The notes below the pieces were generated by a model that was not told the origin of the DNA, made no database searches, and saw only the letters and a list, made by a program, of their open reading frames with translations. DNA of 64,000 bases, from assembly GCA_049521895.1 (NCBI GenBank), contig JBEKOJ010000001.1, forward strand, positions 226,717 to 290,716, given 5' to 3'. The position numbers were made by a program, and so were the translations under genes. This DNA is from Candidatus Saccharimonadales bacterium (lineage in GTDB: Bacteria > Patescibacteriota > Saccharimonadia > Saccharimonadales > UBA10212). The first letter of the stretch is position 1. Each line of letters starts with the position of its first letter. Shown here in pieces: positions 44,914 to 54,969 of this stretch.

Positions 44914-46125
44914 CTAGTTATTTTGGTGCGATTCTTGGCCAAGGTTGGCCATTAAGGGCTGCGTTTTGTCCTCCGACGGTTCCGGTTTAGGAAGAAGGTC
45001 TTCAGGTGTAGGAGGTTCCAGGAGTGGCTCATCTGGGTCAGTGGATGGCGGGGTATCGGCCGGATTATTTTTGGTATTAGAATTATCAGTTTGCCCGGTG
45101 TTGCTGTCAGTTTGTTCAGCTAACATCCGCCCTACGTCAGCGGTCAGTTCCACCAAGCGGTTGGAATAACCCCATTCGTTGTCATACCAGGCAACAACTT
45201 TAAGGAGGTTCCCGCCAACAACGGATGTAAGATTTAGGTCCATGATTGCCGAGTGGCTGTTGCCGATAAAATCGCTGCTGACCAGTTCCTCTTCGGTTAC
45301 GGTAAGTATGCCCTGAAAGTACGGATCCTTAGCGGCATTTTTAAACACTTCGTTGACTTCCTCGACCGTAACATCGCGCTTGGTGACCACGGCGAAGTCA
45401 CTAAGTGAAACTACGGGGGTAGGCACGCGGACAGACATACCACCAAAAATATTGTTAAGCGTCGGTAAGGCTTGGGCGGCAGCAATCGAGGCGCCAGTAG
45501 TGGTGGGTACAATGTTGGTTGCCGCATTACGGGCTTCGCGCAGGTCTTTGGCTGGAGCATCTTGCAGGCGTTGGCTGGCTGTATAGCTGTGTACGGTAGT
45601 CATCATGGCTTTTTCTATGCCAAAATGCTCTTCTAAAATAGCCATCACCGGCGTGATGCAGTTAGTGGTACAGGAAGCGTTGCTGATAACTTCACCGGCT
45701 TGGTCTAGCTCATTTTCGTTAACACCGATAACTACCGTCTTGGCGCCCTCACCCTTGGCCGGCGCGCTTAAGATTACCCGTTTAGCACCGGCATCAATAT
45801 GGGCATGGGCTTTAGTCGGGTCAACAAACAAACCGGTAGATTCAATTACCACCTCTACGCCAAGATCGCGCCACGGCAAAGCACTAGGGTCTTTTTCCGC
45901 CAAAACTTTTATCTTTTGGCCATCGACTATAAGATTTTGGTCATCAAACTCAACTTTGTGTTGGTACTCACCGTAGTTACTATCGTGTTTAAGGAGGTGA
46001 GCCAGGGTTTTAGTGTCAGTCAAATCATTGACGGCTACAACCTCTAAATCGGGGCGCTCAAAAGCTACCTTAAAGGCATTACGCCCAATACGGCCAAAGC
46101 CATTGATACCAATTTTAGTTTTCAT
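44914..46125 (-). CDS. gap: type I glyceraldehyde-3-phosphate dehydrogenase with a ~65-aa low-complexity C-terminal tail
   Basis: 403 aa with INGFGRIGR, the active site SNASCTTNC and WYDNEWGYS. The protein then continues with a Pro/Thr/Asp/Asn-rich extension. Confidence 0.95.
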   Translation of the reverse strand: MKTKIGINGFGRIGRNAFKVAFERPDLEVVAVNDLTDTKTLAHLLKHDSNYGEYQHKVEFDDQNLIVDGQKIKVLAEKDPSALPWRDLGVEVVIESTGLFVDPTKAHAHIDAGAKRVILSAPAKGEGAKTVVIGVNENELDQAGEVISNASCTTNCITPVMAILEEHFGIEKAMMTTVHSYTASQRLQDAPAKDLREARNAATNIVPTTTGASIAAAQALPTLNNIFGGMSVRVPTPVVSLSDFAVVTKRDVTVEEVNEVFKNAAKDPYFQGILTVTEEELVSSDFIGNSHSAIMDLNLTSVVGGNLLKVVAWYDNEWGYSNRLVELTADVGRMLAEQTDSNTGQTDNSNTKNNPADTPPSTDPDEPLLEPPTPEDLLPKPEPSEDKTQPLMANLGQESHQNN

Positions 46126-46190
46126 CTACCCACCATTTTAACGTAAGCGTTCTACAGCTACATTGTATGATCTAAGCCCACGCCGCGCAA

Positions 46191-46724
46191 CTATCTAGGG
46201 TTGTTGGCGCGAGCAATCGAGTCTGCGACGACCTTTTTGGCTTCTTCAGCGTTGCCCCAGCCCAGTACCTGTGCTGCACCAGGCTTATATAAATCTTTAT
46301 AGTGAGCAAAGTGGTGCTCGACTTCCTCTTTCCAGCGTGTACCAAGGTTGTCAAGATTTTTTACAGCATTATCCGTCTGGCGATCATCGGCCGGAACAAC
46401 GATTATCTTATGGTCAATCCCCTTTTCGTCTTTGAAATTCAGAATTCCTATAATTCTAGCCTCTAGCCAGACGCCGGTAGGGATTGGGTCTTCGGTAACT
46501 ACCAGCGTGTCCAGCTCGTCGCCATCTTCATCTAGCGTCCCGGGGATAAAGCCGTAATTAGCCGGCTTGGGAAAAATCTTAGGCTCGACCCTATCCAATA
46601 CAAAAACAGCCCTGTTTTTATCCCACTCAATTTTCATCGTTGAGCCTTTGGGGATCTCAACAACTGTGTTAACCTTGCCATTTTGATAGTCGCCTGGTTC
46701 TAAAACTTTATTAAAATCAGCCAT
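46191..46724 (-). CDS. ppa: inorganic pyrophosphatase (family I)
   Basis: 177 aa with the family I motifs VEIPKGS, YGFIPGT, DGDELD and DHKII. Confidence 0.9.
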   Translation of the reverse strand: MADFNKVLEPGDYQNGKVNTVVEIPKGSTMKIEWDKNRAVFVLDRVEPKIFPKPANYGFIPGTLDEDGDELDTLVVTEDPIPTGVWLEARIIGILNFKDEKGIDHKIIVVPADDRQTDNAVKNLDNLGTRWKEEVEHHFAHYKDLYKPGAAQVLGWGNAEEAKKVVADSIARANNPR

Positions 46725-46766
46725 AGATATCTCCTTTTGCTGCTAATAATTGTACACTAATTCGTA

Positions 46767-47417
46767 GTGAAGATAATCGGACACCGCGGCGCGAGGGGGC
46801 TAGCTCCAGAAAATACCTTGCCCTCGTTCAAGAAAGCCCTTGATATTGGCGTGGATCAAATCGAATTTGATGTCAGGGTGACGCACGACCATGTCCCGAT
46901 TTTATACCACAACGCCACTATCGTAGACGGTGCTGGCGATAAGTTTCTTATCAGTAACTGCAGATATGAAGACCTCAAGGCCCACAAACCCGACCTCGCC
47001 AAGCTCGAGGAGGCATTGGAAACCGTAAAAGGTGCCGTGCCTCTATATATAGAAGTGAAGTCTGATGTTAATATTGGGCCGATCGTTGAAATTTTAAAAG
47101 GGTATAGACATGCCTATGCCTTGAGTTCATTCAGCCAACGGACATTGCGAGAACTACAGACCTCCCTGCCGAAAATACCAAAAATCGTGATTGATAATTG
47201 GTCCGGCGTGCGCGCTAGACTGCGCGCCAAGCAAATCGGCACGAGAACCATAGCCATGAACCAGACGTGGCTATGGTCGGGTTTTATCAGGGCTATGAAG
47301 CGTAGTGGTTATGAACTTTATGCTTACACGGTCAATAATCCGGCTAAGGCCCGACGTTGGGCTAAATACGGCCTGGCCGGTGTGATTACCGATTATCCAG
47401 ACAGGTTTAAGAACTAA
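46767..47417 (+). CDS. glycerophosphodiester phosphodiesterase family protein
   Basis: 216 aa with a GTG start, IGHRGARGLAPENT and EFDVRVT..H, the GDPD pattern. Confidence 0.8.
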   Translation: MKIIGHRGARGLAPENTLPSFKKALDIGVDQIEFDVRVTHDHVPILYHNATIVDGAGDKFLISNCRYEDLKAHKPDLAKLEEALETVKGAVPLYIEVKSDVNIGPIVEILKGYRHAYALSSFSQRTLRELQTSLPKIPKIVIDNWSGVRARLRAKQIGTRTIAMNQTWLWSGFIRAMKRSGYELYAYTVNNPAKARRWAKYGLAGVITDYPDRFKN

Positions 47418-48394
47418 TCGCCGTAGAGGGTTTGTACCGCAGTTTTGCTAATTTGCTCGTGGTGCTCCAGATATTCCCGGATCATTAGTGCGGCTGTGGC
47501 GCCTTCGCCGGTGGCACTGGCAATTTGCAGCGTGGCTCCAGAACGCACATCGCCGGCCACGAATACGCCTGGCACACTGGTCATTAATTTATTATCTGAC
47601 TTGATAAACTTGCGCTCATCCAGTTCCACGCCACTGCCTTCCAAAAATTTGGTGGTAGGATCAAGGCCCACAAACACAAACACCCCATCTGTCGGGTACT
47701 CCACTTTTTGGCCGGTAGTCTTATCAGTACCGATAACTTTGCTTACCTTGCCATTCAGGCCAACGATTTCGTCGGTTGTGGTATTAAAGTGGACGGTTAT
47801 TTTGTCTCTGTAAGCTTTCAGCTCATGTTGCAGTACCTCGCTAGCACGCAGTTTATCGGCCCGCACCAGCATATCTATGTGGCTGGCGAATTTGGTCAAG
47901 AACATGCCCTCCTGCACGGCCGAGTTGCCGCCGCCAACTATTACTATTTTCTTGTCGCGGTAAAAGGCGCCATCACAGGTCGCGCAATAATGCACGCCAC
48001 GGGCGTAATATTCTTGCTCACCGGGTACACCGATTTTTCGGTAGTCGCTGCCGGTGGCGATCAGCACGGCCTTGGCCCTAAAATCGCCACTGGTGGTTTT
48101 CAATTTTATAAAGTTACCGTCTTTGGTTAACTTTTGGACCTCGCCTAACTCGATTTTGGCGCCAAAGCGTTCGGCTTGGGCACGCATGGCATCAGCCAGT
48201 TCCAGTCCGGCTACGCCCTTAGCAAACCCTGGGTAATTATCCACCCAGTCGGTCACCGCGGCCAAGCCACCAATAGCACCCTTTTCAAACAGCAGGGTTT
48301 TAATATCTTCGCGAGAGGTATAAATCGCCGCGCTCAACGCTGCCGGCCCTGCCCCTACAATAATAAGGTCATGGGTGTTATTTATTTCTACCAA
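47414..48394 (-). CDS. trxB: thioredoxin-disulfide reductase
   Basis: 326 aa with GAGPAALSAAIY, the redox-active CATCDG, and GGGNSAVQE. Confidence 0.9.
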   Translation of the reverse strand: MVEINNTHDLIIVGAGPAALSAAIYTSREDIKTLLFEKGAIGGLAAVTDWVDNYPGFAKGVAGLELADAMRAQAERFGAKIELGEVQKLTKDGNFIKLKTTSGDFRAKAVLIATGSDYRKIGVPGEQEYYARGVHYCATCDGAFYRDKKIVIVGGGNSAVQEGMFLTKFASHIDMLVRADKLRASEVLQHELKAYRDKITVHFNTTTDEIVGLNGKVSKVIGTDKTTGQKVEYPTDGVFVFVGLDPTTKFLEGSGVELDERKFIKSDNKLMTSVPGVFVAGDVRSGATLQIASATGEGATAALMIREYLEHHEQISKTAVQTLYGD

Positions 48395-48416
48395 AATTTT
48401 TCCTTCTTATTTATCT

Positions 48417-48530
48417 TAAGCGCAGGCGAGCCGCAGCGCAAGAAAAAGCTGAGTATCGGATCGAGCCCGTATTTTTATTAATACGTTAAGTGAAGCTTGC
48501 AAGTTTTGACGCAGCAATGTAGTCCGATTT
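48417..48530 (+). repeat. element X2, partial homolog of X1 (16004-16172)
   Basis: CTTAAGCGCAG...CAAGAAAAAGCTGAGTATCGGATCGAG..GTATT aligns with X1 CTTGAGCGCAG..CAAGGAAGAGCTGAGCAACGGACTGAGG.GTATT. TTGACGCAGCAATG aligns with CTGACGCCATAATG. Confidence 0.35.
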
Positions 48531-48534
48531 ACCT

Positions 48535-48783
48535 TTAGGCGATGGCGGGGGCTAGGCGAGACAGGTTATAACCCACGACTACTTCCTGAGAGTTGTCGTA
48601 CTTAGTAACTATAGTAACAGGTACGGTTAAAGCGCCGCTCATATTAAAGACTTCTTCTTGGCGTTCGGGGTGCTCGTCTAAATTGACCACCTCGTACTTC
48701 ATGCCCTTCATATCTAAGAATTTTTTGACCATGGCGCAGTACGAGCAGGTGTTGGTCGTGAAGATGGTAATATTCTTGGTCAT
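48535..48783 (-). CDS. glutaredoxin-like protein (NrdH/YruB type)
   Basis: 82 aa starting IFTTNTCSYCAMVKKFL (CxxC). AGGAGGG lies upstream. Confidence 0.8.
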   Translation of the reverse strand: MTKNITIFTTNTCSYCAMVKKFLDMKGMKYEVVNLDEHPERQEEVFNMSGALTVPVTIVTKYDNSQEVVVGYNLSRLAPAIA

Positions 48784-48930
48784 TATCCGAATCCCTCCTA
48801 TTGGATATTTTTGTTTGATATATGACTTACGCTTATAAATATAGCTAGTGGTCGGGTGTAAGTCAATAGCGCTATATGTAGTGCTTTTGTCATCAAATAT
48901 GCACCCAAAGGTGTAAATTTGGCCCGTTGT

Positions 48931-49551
48931 TTATTGCTTACTAATGCTGAGAAGCTGGACGTCAAAGACCAAGTCAGTATTAGGCGGAACGGCATAAGTC
49001 TGACAAGTTTTTTTGTCGGCTTTATAAGTCTTACAGGCACCGCTCGTGCCATAGCCGAGGGTAGCCGGAATCAATAGGCGCCTAATGCCGCCCTCCTTCA
49101 TGCCTATTAAACCAATCGACCAGCCAGGGATGACTGAAGACAGGCCGGTGGTAAAAGCCTGGCCGGTGTCAAATGAATTGTCAAAGACGATACCACTGCT
49201 AGCCAGTGCGCCGGCGTAATTGACGGTTATTAAATCCGTGGAGCTCACGGCTTGCCCGCTGCCGGTTTTAATGTCAATGCACGTCAGATCCGGGATTTTG
49301 GTACCTGGCTTAAAACCGGCCACGTGAACACCGTCCACTTTGCCGCTGGGCCCTGGCTGGGTTAGCGAAAGGTGAGTATTAATCTGACAGTTTAGACTAT
49401 TTTGGCTCTGGTTATTTTGATGGGTGGCCTGTAGAAAATAGTATACTCCGACTCCCAGACCAGTTACCAGGAATAACAAAGCCATAAACAACCACATAGC
49501 ACGCCTGAGGCCACTTTTTAATTTTTCTCCATTAAACTCCGGTTTTTTCAT
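48931..49551 (-). CDS. FKBP-type peptidyl-prolyl cis-trans isomerase, membrane-anchored
   Basis: 206 aa with an N-terminal TM segment. The C-terminus carries VIPGWSIGLIGMKEGGIRRLLIP..LGYG and LVFDVQLL, the FKBP pattern. Confidence 0.8.
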   Translation of the reverse strand: MKKPEFNGEKLKSGLRRAMWLFMALLFLVTGLGVGVYYFLQATHQNNQSQNSLNCQINTHLSLTQPGPSGKVDGVHVAGFKPGTKIPDLTCIDIKTGSGQAVSSTDLITVNYAGALASSGIVFDNSFDTGQAFTTGLSSVIPGWSIGLIGMKEGGIRRLLIPATLGYGTSGACKTYKADKKTCQTYAVPPNTDLVFDVQLLSISKQ

Positions 49552-52110
49552 CTAAACCCTTTCTGCCTTTAATTCTTTTTTAGCCGTAGCTGCTAGTTGA
49601 TCCAGCAATTGGTTAGTCTCTTGGGTAGTCAGCGTCCTTTCAGGATGGAACAAGGTTATACGCCAAGTGGTTTGCTTGTGGGTTTTGTCGCCGGCTTTCT
49701 GGAAAATGTCAATTGGCCGCCACCGGAATTCATAACCGTGCGGCTTGGTAAGCTGGGTTAAGTTTTTAACGATGAATTCAGCCAGTTCGGTGTAGCTAAG
49801 ATTCGCCGGGGCGCGCAGGCAAAAATCCTGCTCCACTTCCGGATAGCGGTTGAGAGGATAGTACTGATTGACCATAGCTAATTCTTGCAGCACCTTTACA
49901 TCAAACTCCAGTTGAGCCGTTCGCTCAGGTAATTTTAGACTTGATCGCAAACCTGCAGTTGGCTCACCAATCAGGCCAACTACCAGATTGCCGCTATAGA
50001 TCACTGCTGACCGCTGCGACTCAAATGCTTGAGCGGCTAGTGTCCAAGCGGGCGGTAATATATTTTTGCCCGCCAAAGGAACGTATTTCAGGGAGTAAAT
50101 TCCCAGATTCTGCGTCAAATAATCAGTGAATTTCCTAGCGACAAAATACGGAGCCCCCCAATTGGGACGAACTTGCAAAGTTGTTACAACTATTCCTAAA
50201 CGTTGTGGCTCGCTTGGTAGGCCCTCATTATCAAGAACGCCTTTAATATGAGTACGACCTAGTTCATAAATTGCAAAGTGGTCAAAGCCGGCTTTGATGT
50301 TGGGGTGAACTTTTTCCAGCAGGCTGGGTGTGAGGCTAAGGCGATAGTACTGCAGATTGGGGCTGAGAGCATTGGCCAGCTGGTAGGCCTGCCTGGGATC
50401 TTGACCGACTTTTTGCAACAGGCTGTCATGGACGAAACTGTAGGTCAGGATCTCGTTAGCGCCGGCTGCGGCCAGGATATTACGCAGGCGGTCTTTAAAA
50501 ACCACAACTGGGTTCAACGCGGCCGGTGACAGATCGCGCGGCGGCAGAACTAGCGGTAGCTGGTCATAGCCCTGCAGGCGGCCAATTTCTTCTACGATGT
50601 CTTCCGCGATCCCGATGTCAGTGCGCCAGAATGGCGGTGTAATTTTTAGGAAGTTGCCGCTAAGTTCTACTTCAAACTCCACATTCGTTAGCAGCTTTTG
50701 CATTTCTTTTGCTGACAGTTGCAGCCCGAGCCTTTGGTTTATGAATTCTGTCGATGCCTCCAATGCTTTTTGCTTGTTGCCTGTTGCTTGTTGCTCGAAG
50801 TCGTCTACGACTTCGCTGGCTTGGCGGCCGCCGGCAATTTTCTTGATATCCTCTGCAGCTTTAGCTAATACCGCCATGTTCTGCCGAGGGCTTTGGCCCT
50901 TCGTAAAACGGGTGGCCGCGTCGGTGAACAAACCATACGCCATGGCGGTTTTACGTGTCAGGTTCATGTCAAAATTGGCTACTTCCAGCACGATGTTCTT
51001 GGTACTTTCATCGACCTCGGTGCCAGCGCCGCCCATCACACCGCCCAGACCGATCGGTTTGTTGCCATCGGTGATCACCACGGCGCTTCCATCTAGTTTT
51101 ATGGTCTTGCCGCCCAGTAATTTAAGCTCCTCGCCTTTTTTGGACAGCCTAATTCCAATTACTACTTCTTGTTTCTTGTTTCCTGTTTCTTGTTTCTGCT
51201 GCACTAGCAGCTTATCGTAATCGTAGGCGTGCAGCGGCTGAGCGGTTTCCAGCATCACTAAGTTGGTGATGTCCACTATGTTGTTGACAGGCCGTACGCC
51301 CACGCGGACCAAGAAACTTTGCAGCCAAGCTGGGCTGGGCTCCACTCTGACGTCTTTAAAAGCTACAGCGCAAAATCGCGGGACCAGTTTCGGGACGCCA
51401 TTTTTGACTGTGATTTTCAGGACGTTTTTGCGTCCGTCAGCCGGCAAGCTAGCATTTTCGCGGTACCAATCTGGGCTTTTGAAAGCTTGGTGGTTGATGC
51501 CGGCGATTTCACGGACTACGCCCAGCATGCCAAAACAGTCCGGCCGGTGGGTGAACATTTTATTCTCAATATCAATGATGTGGTCGTCCAGCCAGAGTGT
51601 TTTGGCGAAGCTGTCGCCGGGTTTACCGTTTTCTAAAACCACAATCCCTTCATGGTTATCACCCAGGGCTAACTCTTTGGCACTAGCTAGCATTCCATGG
51701 CTAGTTTTACCTCTTATCTCACGGGGCTCGACGACAAATGGCTCCTTATCATAAGTGCTGGGCACAGTCACGCCGGGCGGAATCCAAACTGCCAGCTGGC
51801 CGGCTTTGACGTTCGGCGCACCACAGACAATCTCGATCAAACCGTCCTTGTTGCGTCTGACCTTCTTGTTCGCCCGGCCGTCGTCCACCAGACAGAAAGT
51901 GAGCTTATCGGCGTTTGGGTGTTTCTCGCAAGCGACAACTTTAACGACTAAAACACCATCATATTTTTTGCCAAGATTCACAACTTCTTCTACAGCGCCG
52001 AGCTGCGCGCCAATTTTCTCAACTAAAGCATTGATACCATCCGGCATCGGATTGGCTGCGCAGCCATATTCATCGTTAATAAATCTTATCCAGTTGACGC
52101 TAACTTTCAT
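49552..52110 (-). CDS. pheT: phenylalanine--tRNA ligase beta subunit
   Basis: 852 aa with tRNA-binding, B3/4, B5, catalytic-like and FDX-ACB domains. It contains two heptamer-repeat-encoded Q/K/E/T/G/N inserts (about 51168-51198 and 50771-50797). Confidence 0.95.
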   Translation of the reverse strand: MKVSVNWIRFINDEYGCAANPMPDGINALVEKIGAQLGAVEEVVNLGKKYDGVLVVKVVACEKHPNADKLTFCLVDDGRANKKVRRNKDGLIEIVCGAPNVKAGQLAVWIPPGVTVPSTYDKEPFVVEPREIRGKTSHGMLASAKELALGDNHEGIVVLENGKPGDSFAKTLWLDDHIIDIENKMFTHRPDCFGMLGVVREIAGINHQAFKSPDWYRENASLPADGRKNVLKITVKNGVPKLVPRFCAVAFKDVRVEPSPAWLQSFLVRVGVRPVNNIVDITNLVMLETAQPLHAYDYDKLLVQQKQETGNKKQEVVIGIRLSKKGEELKLLGGKTIKLDGSAVVITDGNKPIGLGGVMGGAGTEVDESTKNIVLEVANFDMNLTRKTAMAYGLFTDAATRFTKGQSPRQNMAVLAKAAEDIKKIAGGRQASEVVDDFEQQATGNKQKALEASTEFINQRLGLQLSAKEMQKLLTNVEFEVELSGNFLKITPPFWRTDIGIAEDIVEEIGRLQGYDQLPLVLPPRDLSPAALNPVVVFKDRLRNILAAAGANEILTYSFVHDSLLQKVGQDPRQAYQLANALSPNLQYYRLSLTPSLLEKVHPNIKAGFDHFAIYELGRTHIKGVLDNEGLPSEPQRLGIVVTTLQVRPNWGAPYFVARKFTDYLTQNLGIYSLKYVPLAGKNILPPAWTLAAQAFESQRSAVIYSGNLVVGLIGEPTAGLRSSLKLPERTAQLEFDVKVLQELAMVNQYYPLNRYPEVEQDFCLRAPANLSYTELAEFIVKNLTQLTKPHGYEFRWRPIDIFQKAGDKTHKQTTWRITLFHPERTLTTQETNQLLDQLAATAKKELKAERV

Positions 52111-52552
52111 CTATAGGCTCCCTGGTGTCAATAAAGTAACCGCGATCTTCGCCATCAACGTTGGTCCATTTTTCTCCAAGCTGTGCCACAAATATCCTAG
52201 TTGGGGCTTTGCCAGATGAATTATTCATTGATAGCTTAAAAACGGTGGATCGTGCGTTATAAATCTTTATAGCATCTCTGATTTGCACATTGTTTTCTAG
52301 CGCTTTTGCTGACGCCCGAATATATATTCCTTTTCCTTTCCCTTCAGGTAGCTGAGAGTTAAATATAGTAATGAAAATTTCTGGTCTGTGAATAATATTT
52401 TGGGAGTGCTGTGCTTTCAAAGGAGACCACCAGTAAATCTTGTTTTGATGGTACACATAAAAAAGAGGAGTGTTCCACGGCATGCCATCAAGAGTCACTG
52501 TGGCAACATTGCAATAAAGATTTTGACTTATAGTATCAGTGAATAAACTCAT
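52100..52552 (-). CDS. pyridoxamine 5'-phosphate oxidase-like FMN-binding fold protein
   Basis: 150 aa with a split-barrel-like pattern (GMPWNTPLFYVY...IYWWS). It is wedged between pheS and pheT and overlaps both. Confidence 0.55.
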   Translation of the reverse strand: MSLFTDTISQNLYCNVATVTLDGMPWNTPLFYVYHQNKIYWWSPLKAQHSQNIIHRPEIFITIFNSQLPEGKGKGIYIRASAKALENNVQIRDAIKIYNARSTVFKLSMNNSSGKAPTRIFVAQLGEKWTNVDGEDRGYFIDTREPIDES

Positions 52553-53574
52553 GGGAATTGCCTCAGGAATTTTAGATTGCCGCTATGAAAGTATCGAATG
52601 TCTTCGATGCCATACTTAAGCATCACTAGGCGATCTATGCCAAAGCCCCAAGCGAAACCGGTGTAAATTTTCGGGTCAATACTGCCTTCGCGCAGGACGT
52701 TCGGGTGGATCATGCCACAGCCGCCAAGCTCTATCCAGCCAGTATAGCTGCAGATATTGCAGCCTTTTTGGTCGCAGAAAATACAGCTGGCAGCGAATTC
52801 AAAACTTGGTTCGGTGAACGGGAAATAGAATGGTTGGATTTTGATTTTTATATCTTTCTGGTAGTAAGCGCTTAGCCAAGTTTTGATGGTTGCGACCAAG
52901 TGACCGGCATTGATGCCTTCATCGATATAAACGCCTTCCAGCTGATAGAAAGTGTGCTCGTGTCGGGCGTCAAGATCCTCGTTGCGGAAGACCCGGCCTG
53001 GTATGACAACGCGGATCGGCGGTTTTTGGCTTTTCATCACGCGGTTTTGCATGATGCTGGTGTGCGCCGGTGCAATCAGCCCTTCAGTAGTTACAAACGT
53101 GTCATACTCGTCGCGGGCCGGGTGCTCCGGCGGAAAATTCAGGCTGCTGAACATGTGGTAATCATCGTCAATCTCGCGTGATTCTACTACCGAAAATCCC
53201 ATCCGACCAAAGATATCTAAAATAATCTTTAATTCGGTGTTAATAGGGTGGCGGCTGCCGTTTTTGGCTGGCAATAACTCAGGGCGTTGGTCGACTGGAG
53301 TATTAATATCAAACGGCGCAGTAACATCGATAGTTTGTAGTTTGTAGTTTGTAGTTTGTAGGGATTCTCGAGTCAGGGATTCTAGGTCGGATTTGAGGTG
53401 ATTTACTTCTTTGCCAAAATCAGCTCGCGGCTTACCTGCCGGCAAAGTTTTAAGCCGGTCGTATAAAGCTGCCATCTCTGGTGCGCGTAAAATTGCCCGC
53501 TTATCTTCAAGCTTAGCAAGCTTATCTTTCAGCTGTTTGGCAGCCTTTGCGATCTCGGGATTTTTATACTCCAT
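52549..53574 (-). CDS. pheS: phenylalanine--tRNA ligase alpha subunit
   Basis: The start was trimmed to MEYKNPEIAK. Class II motifs are present (FRNEDLDARHEHTFYQLEG and GFAWGFGIDRL). The (TAGTTTG)x4 repeat at 53332-53361 encodes LQTTNYKLQT. Confidence 0.95.
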   Translation of the reverse strand: MEYKNPEIAKAAKQLKDKLAKLEDKRAILRAPEMAALYDRLKTLPAGKPRADFGKEVNHLKSDLESLTRESLQTTNYKLQTIDVTAPFDINTPVDQRPELLPAKNGSRHPINTELKIILDIFGRMGFSVVESREIDDDYHMFSSLNFPPEHPARDEYDTFVTTEGLIAPAHTSIMQNRVMKSQKPPIRVVIPGRVFRNEDLDARHEHTFYQLEGVYIDEGINAGHLVATIKTWLSAYYQKDIKIKIQPFYFPFTEPSFEFAASCIFCDQKGCNICSYTGWIELGGCGMIHPNVLREGSIDPKIYTGFAWGFGIDRLVMLKYGIEDIRYFHSGNLKFLRQFP

Positions 53575-53646
53575 AACTCGCTTTACAGTATAACAGCTCG
53601 CCGCCCCTGATAAACAATTGTTGCACTTCAAGATATACTTAAGCTT

Positions 53647-54969
53647 ATGGCTATAGACGAGTCAAAACTGCTGGATGAGGCCAAGAAAGTTCTGGCGCAC
53701 AATGACCGCAAAAAATGGACAGTCCCGGCAGGTGATTTATATCCGCATCAGTGGCTATGGGACAGTTGTCTTATTTCCATCGGTTTGCGGCATCTTGATA
53801 TCGACCGGGCGCAAATCGAATTGACCAGTCTGCTACAAGGCCAATGGAGCAACGGTATGCTACCGAATATAATTTTCTCAAGCGATGATAAGTACCACCG
53901 CGACCGCGAACTTTGGCGTAGTTATGTCAGTCCTTACTCGCCCGACAAGGTAGCCACCAGCGGTGTCACCCAGCCGCCGCTGTTGGCGGAGGCCGTAGTG
54001 CGCATTGGCCAAAAATTAAAGCAGCCAGAACGTCGCACTTGGTACAGGCAAATGTACCAGCCGCTAATCGAATATCACCAGTGGCTATACCGCGAGCGCA
54101 ATCCACACAATGAGGGCCTGATCGTTCTCCTGCATCCTTATGAAGGCGGTCTAGATAACGCTCCGCCTTGGATCAGCGAGCTCAGAAAACATAACATGCC
54201 TTTTTGGCTCACCCTAGTTGAAAAAGCCCACCTTGGTGGCATAATCGGCTTAGCCAGACGAGATACGCAGCATACAACCTTGGCCCAACGTATGGACAAC
54301 ATCGAAGCTGCGGCTTATTGGGCATCTATGCACCGTCTGCGGCGCAAAGCTTATAATAGCGAGGCTCTCTTTTCCCGTTCGCTTTTCACTGTGGAGGATC
54401 TGGCTTTCAACTGTATCTTGATCCAAGCCAATACCCGTCTGGCTGAGATAGCTAAGACCATCGGGCAAAAATTGCCAGACAATTTGGTACAATCGATACA
54501 CAAAACTGAATCCGCTCTGGAGCAACTATGGGATGAATCTACAGGCCAGTATTACTACCGTAGTTTTATTAGCCATAAACTGATAGAAGAATCGACTATT
54601 GCTACACTGCTGCCACTTTATGCTGGCTCAATCAGCAAAGACCGGGCCAAACAGCTGGTGGAATTACTCAATAGGCCCAAGCAGTTTGCGACTAAGTGGC
54701 CGGTGCCTAGTGTCCCCGCTAGTTCGCCATATTTTAATCCGTTTCGATACTGGCAAGGGCCAACCTGGATAAACACTAATTGGCTAATCATCGAGGGTCT
54801 TGGACTATATGGTTTTAGTAAAGAGGCAGCGTCGCTGCGCCAAAAAACTCTGGATTTAGTAGCCAAAAGCGGCTTTTACGAGTACTACAATCCTCTAACT
54901 GGCGAACCGGCCGGAGCCGCCAATTTTAGCTGGACCGCCGCCTTAATCATTGATTTATTGAAAGACTAG
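53647..54969 (+). CDS. (alpha/alpha)6-barrel glycoside hydrolase, GH63 / mannosylglycerate hydrolase / debranching-enzyme-like
   Basis: 440 aa with LWDSCLISIGL, HPYEGGLDNAPPW, YWQGPTWINTNW and EYYNPLTGEP.GAANFSWTAA. Confidence 0.7.
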   Translation: MAIDESKLLDEAKKVLAHNDRKKWTVPAGDLYPHQWLWDSCLISIGLRHLDIDRAQIELTSLLQGQWSNGMLPNIIFSSDDKYHRDRELWRSYVSPYSPDKVATSGVTQPPLLAEAVVRIGQKLKQPERRTWYRQMYQPLIEYHQWLYRERNPHNEGLIVLLHPYEGGLDNAPPWISELRKHNMPFWLTLVEKAHLGGIIGLARRDTQHTTLAQRMDNIEAAAYWASMHRLRRKAYNSEALFSRSLFTVEDLAFNCILIQANTRLAEIAKTIGQKLPDNLVQSIHKTESALEQLWDESTGQYYYRSFISHKLIEESTIATLLPLYAGSISKDRAKQLVELLNRPKQFATKWPVPSVPASSPYFNPFRYWQGPTWINTNWLIIEGLGLYGFSKEAASLRQKTLDLVAKSGFYEYYNPLTGEPAGAANFSWTAALIIDLLKD

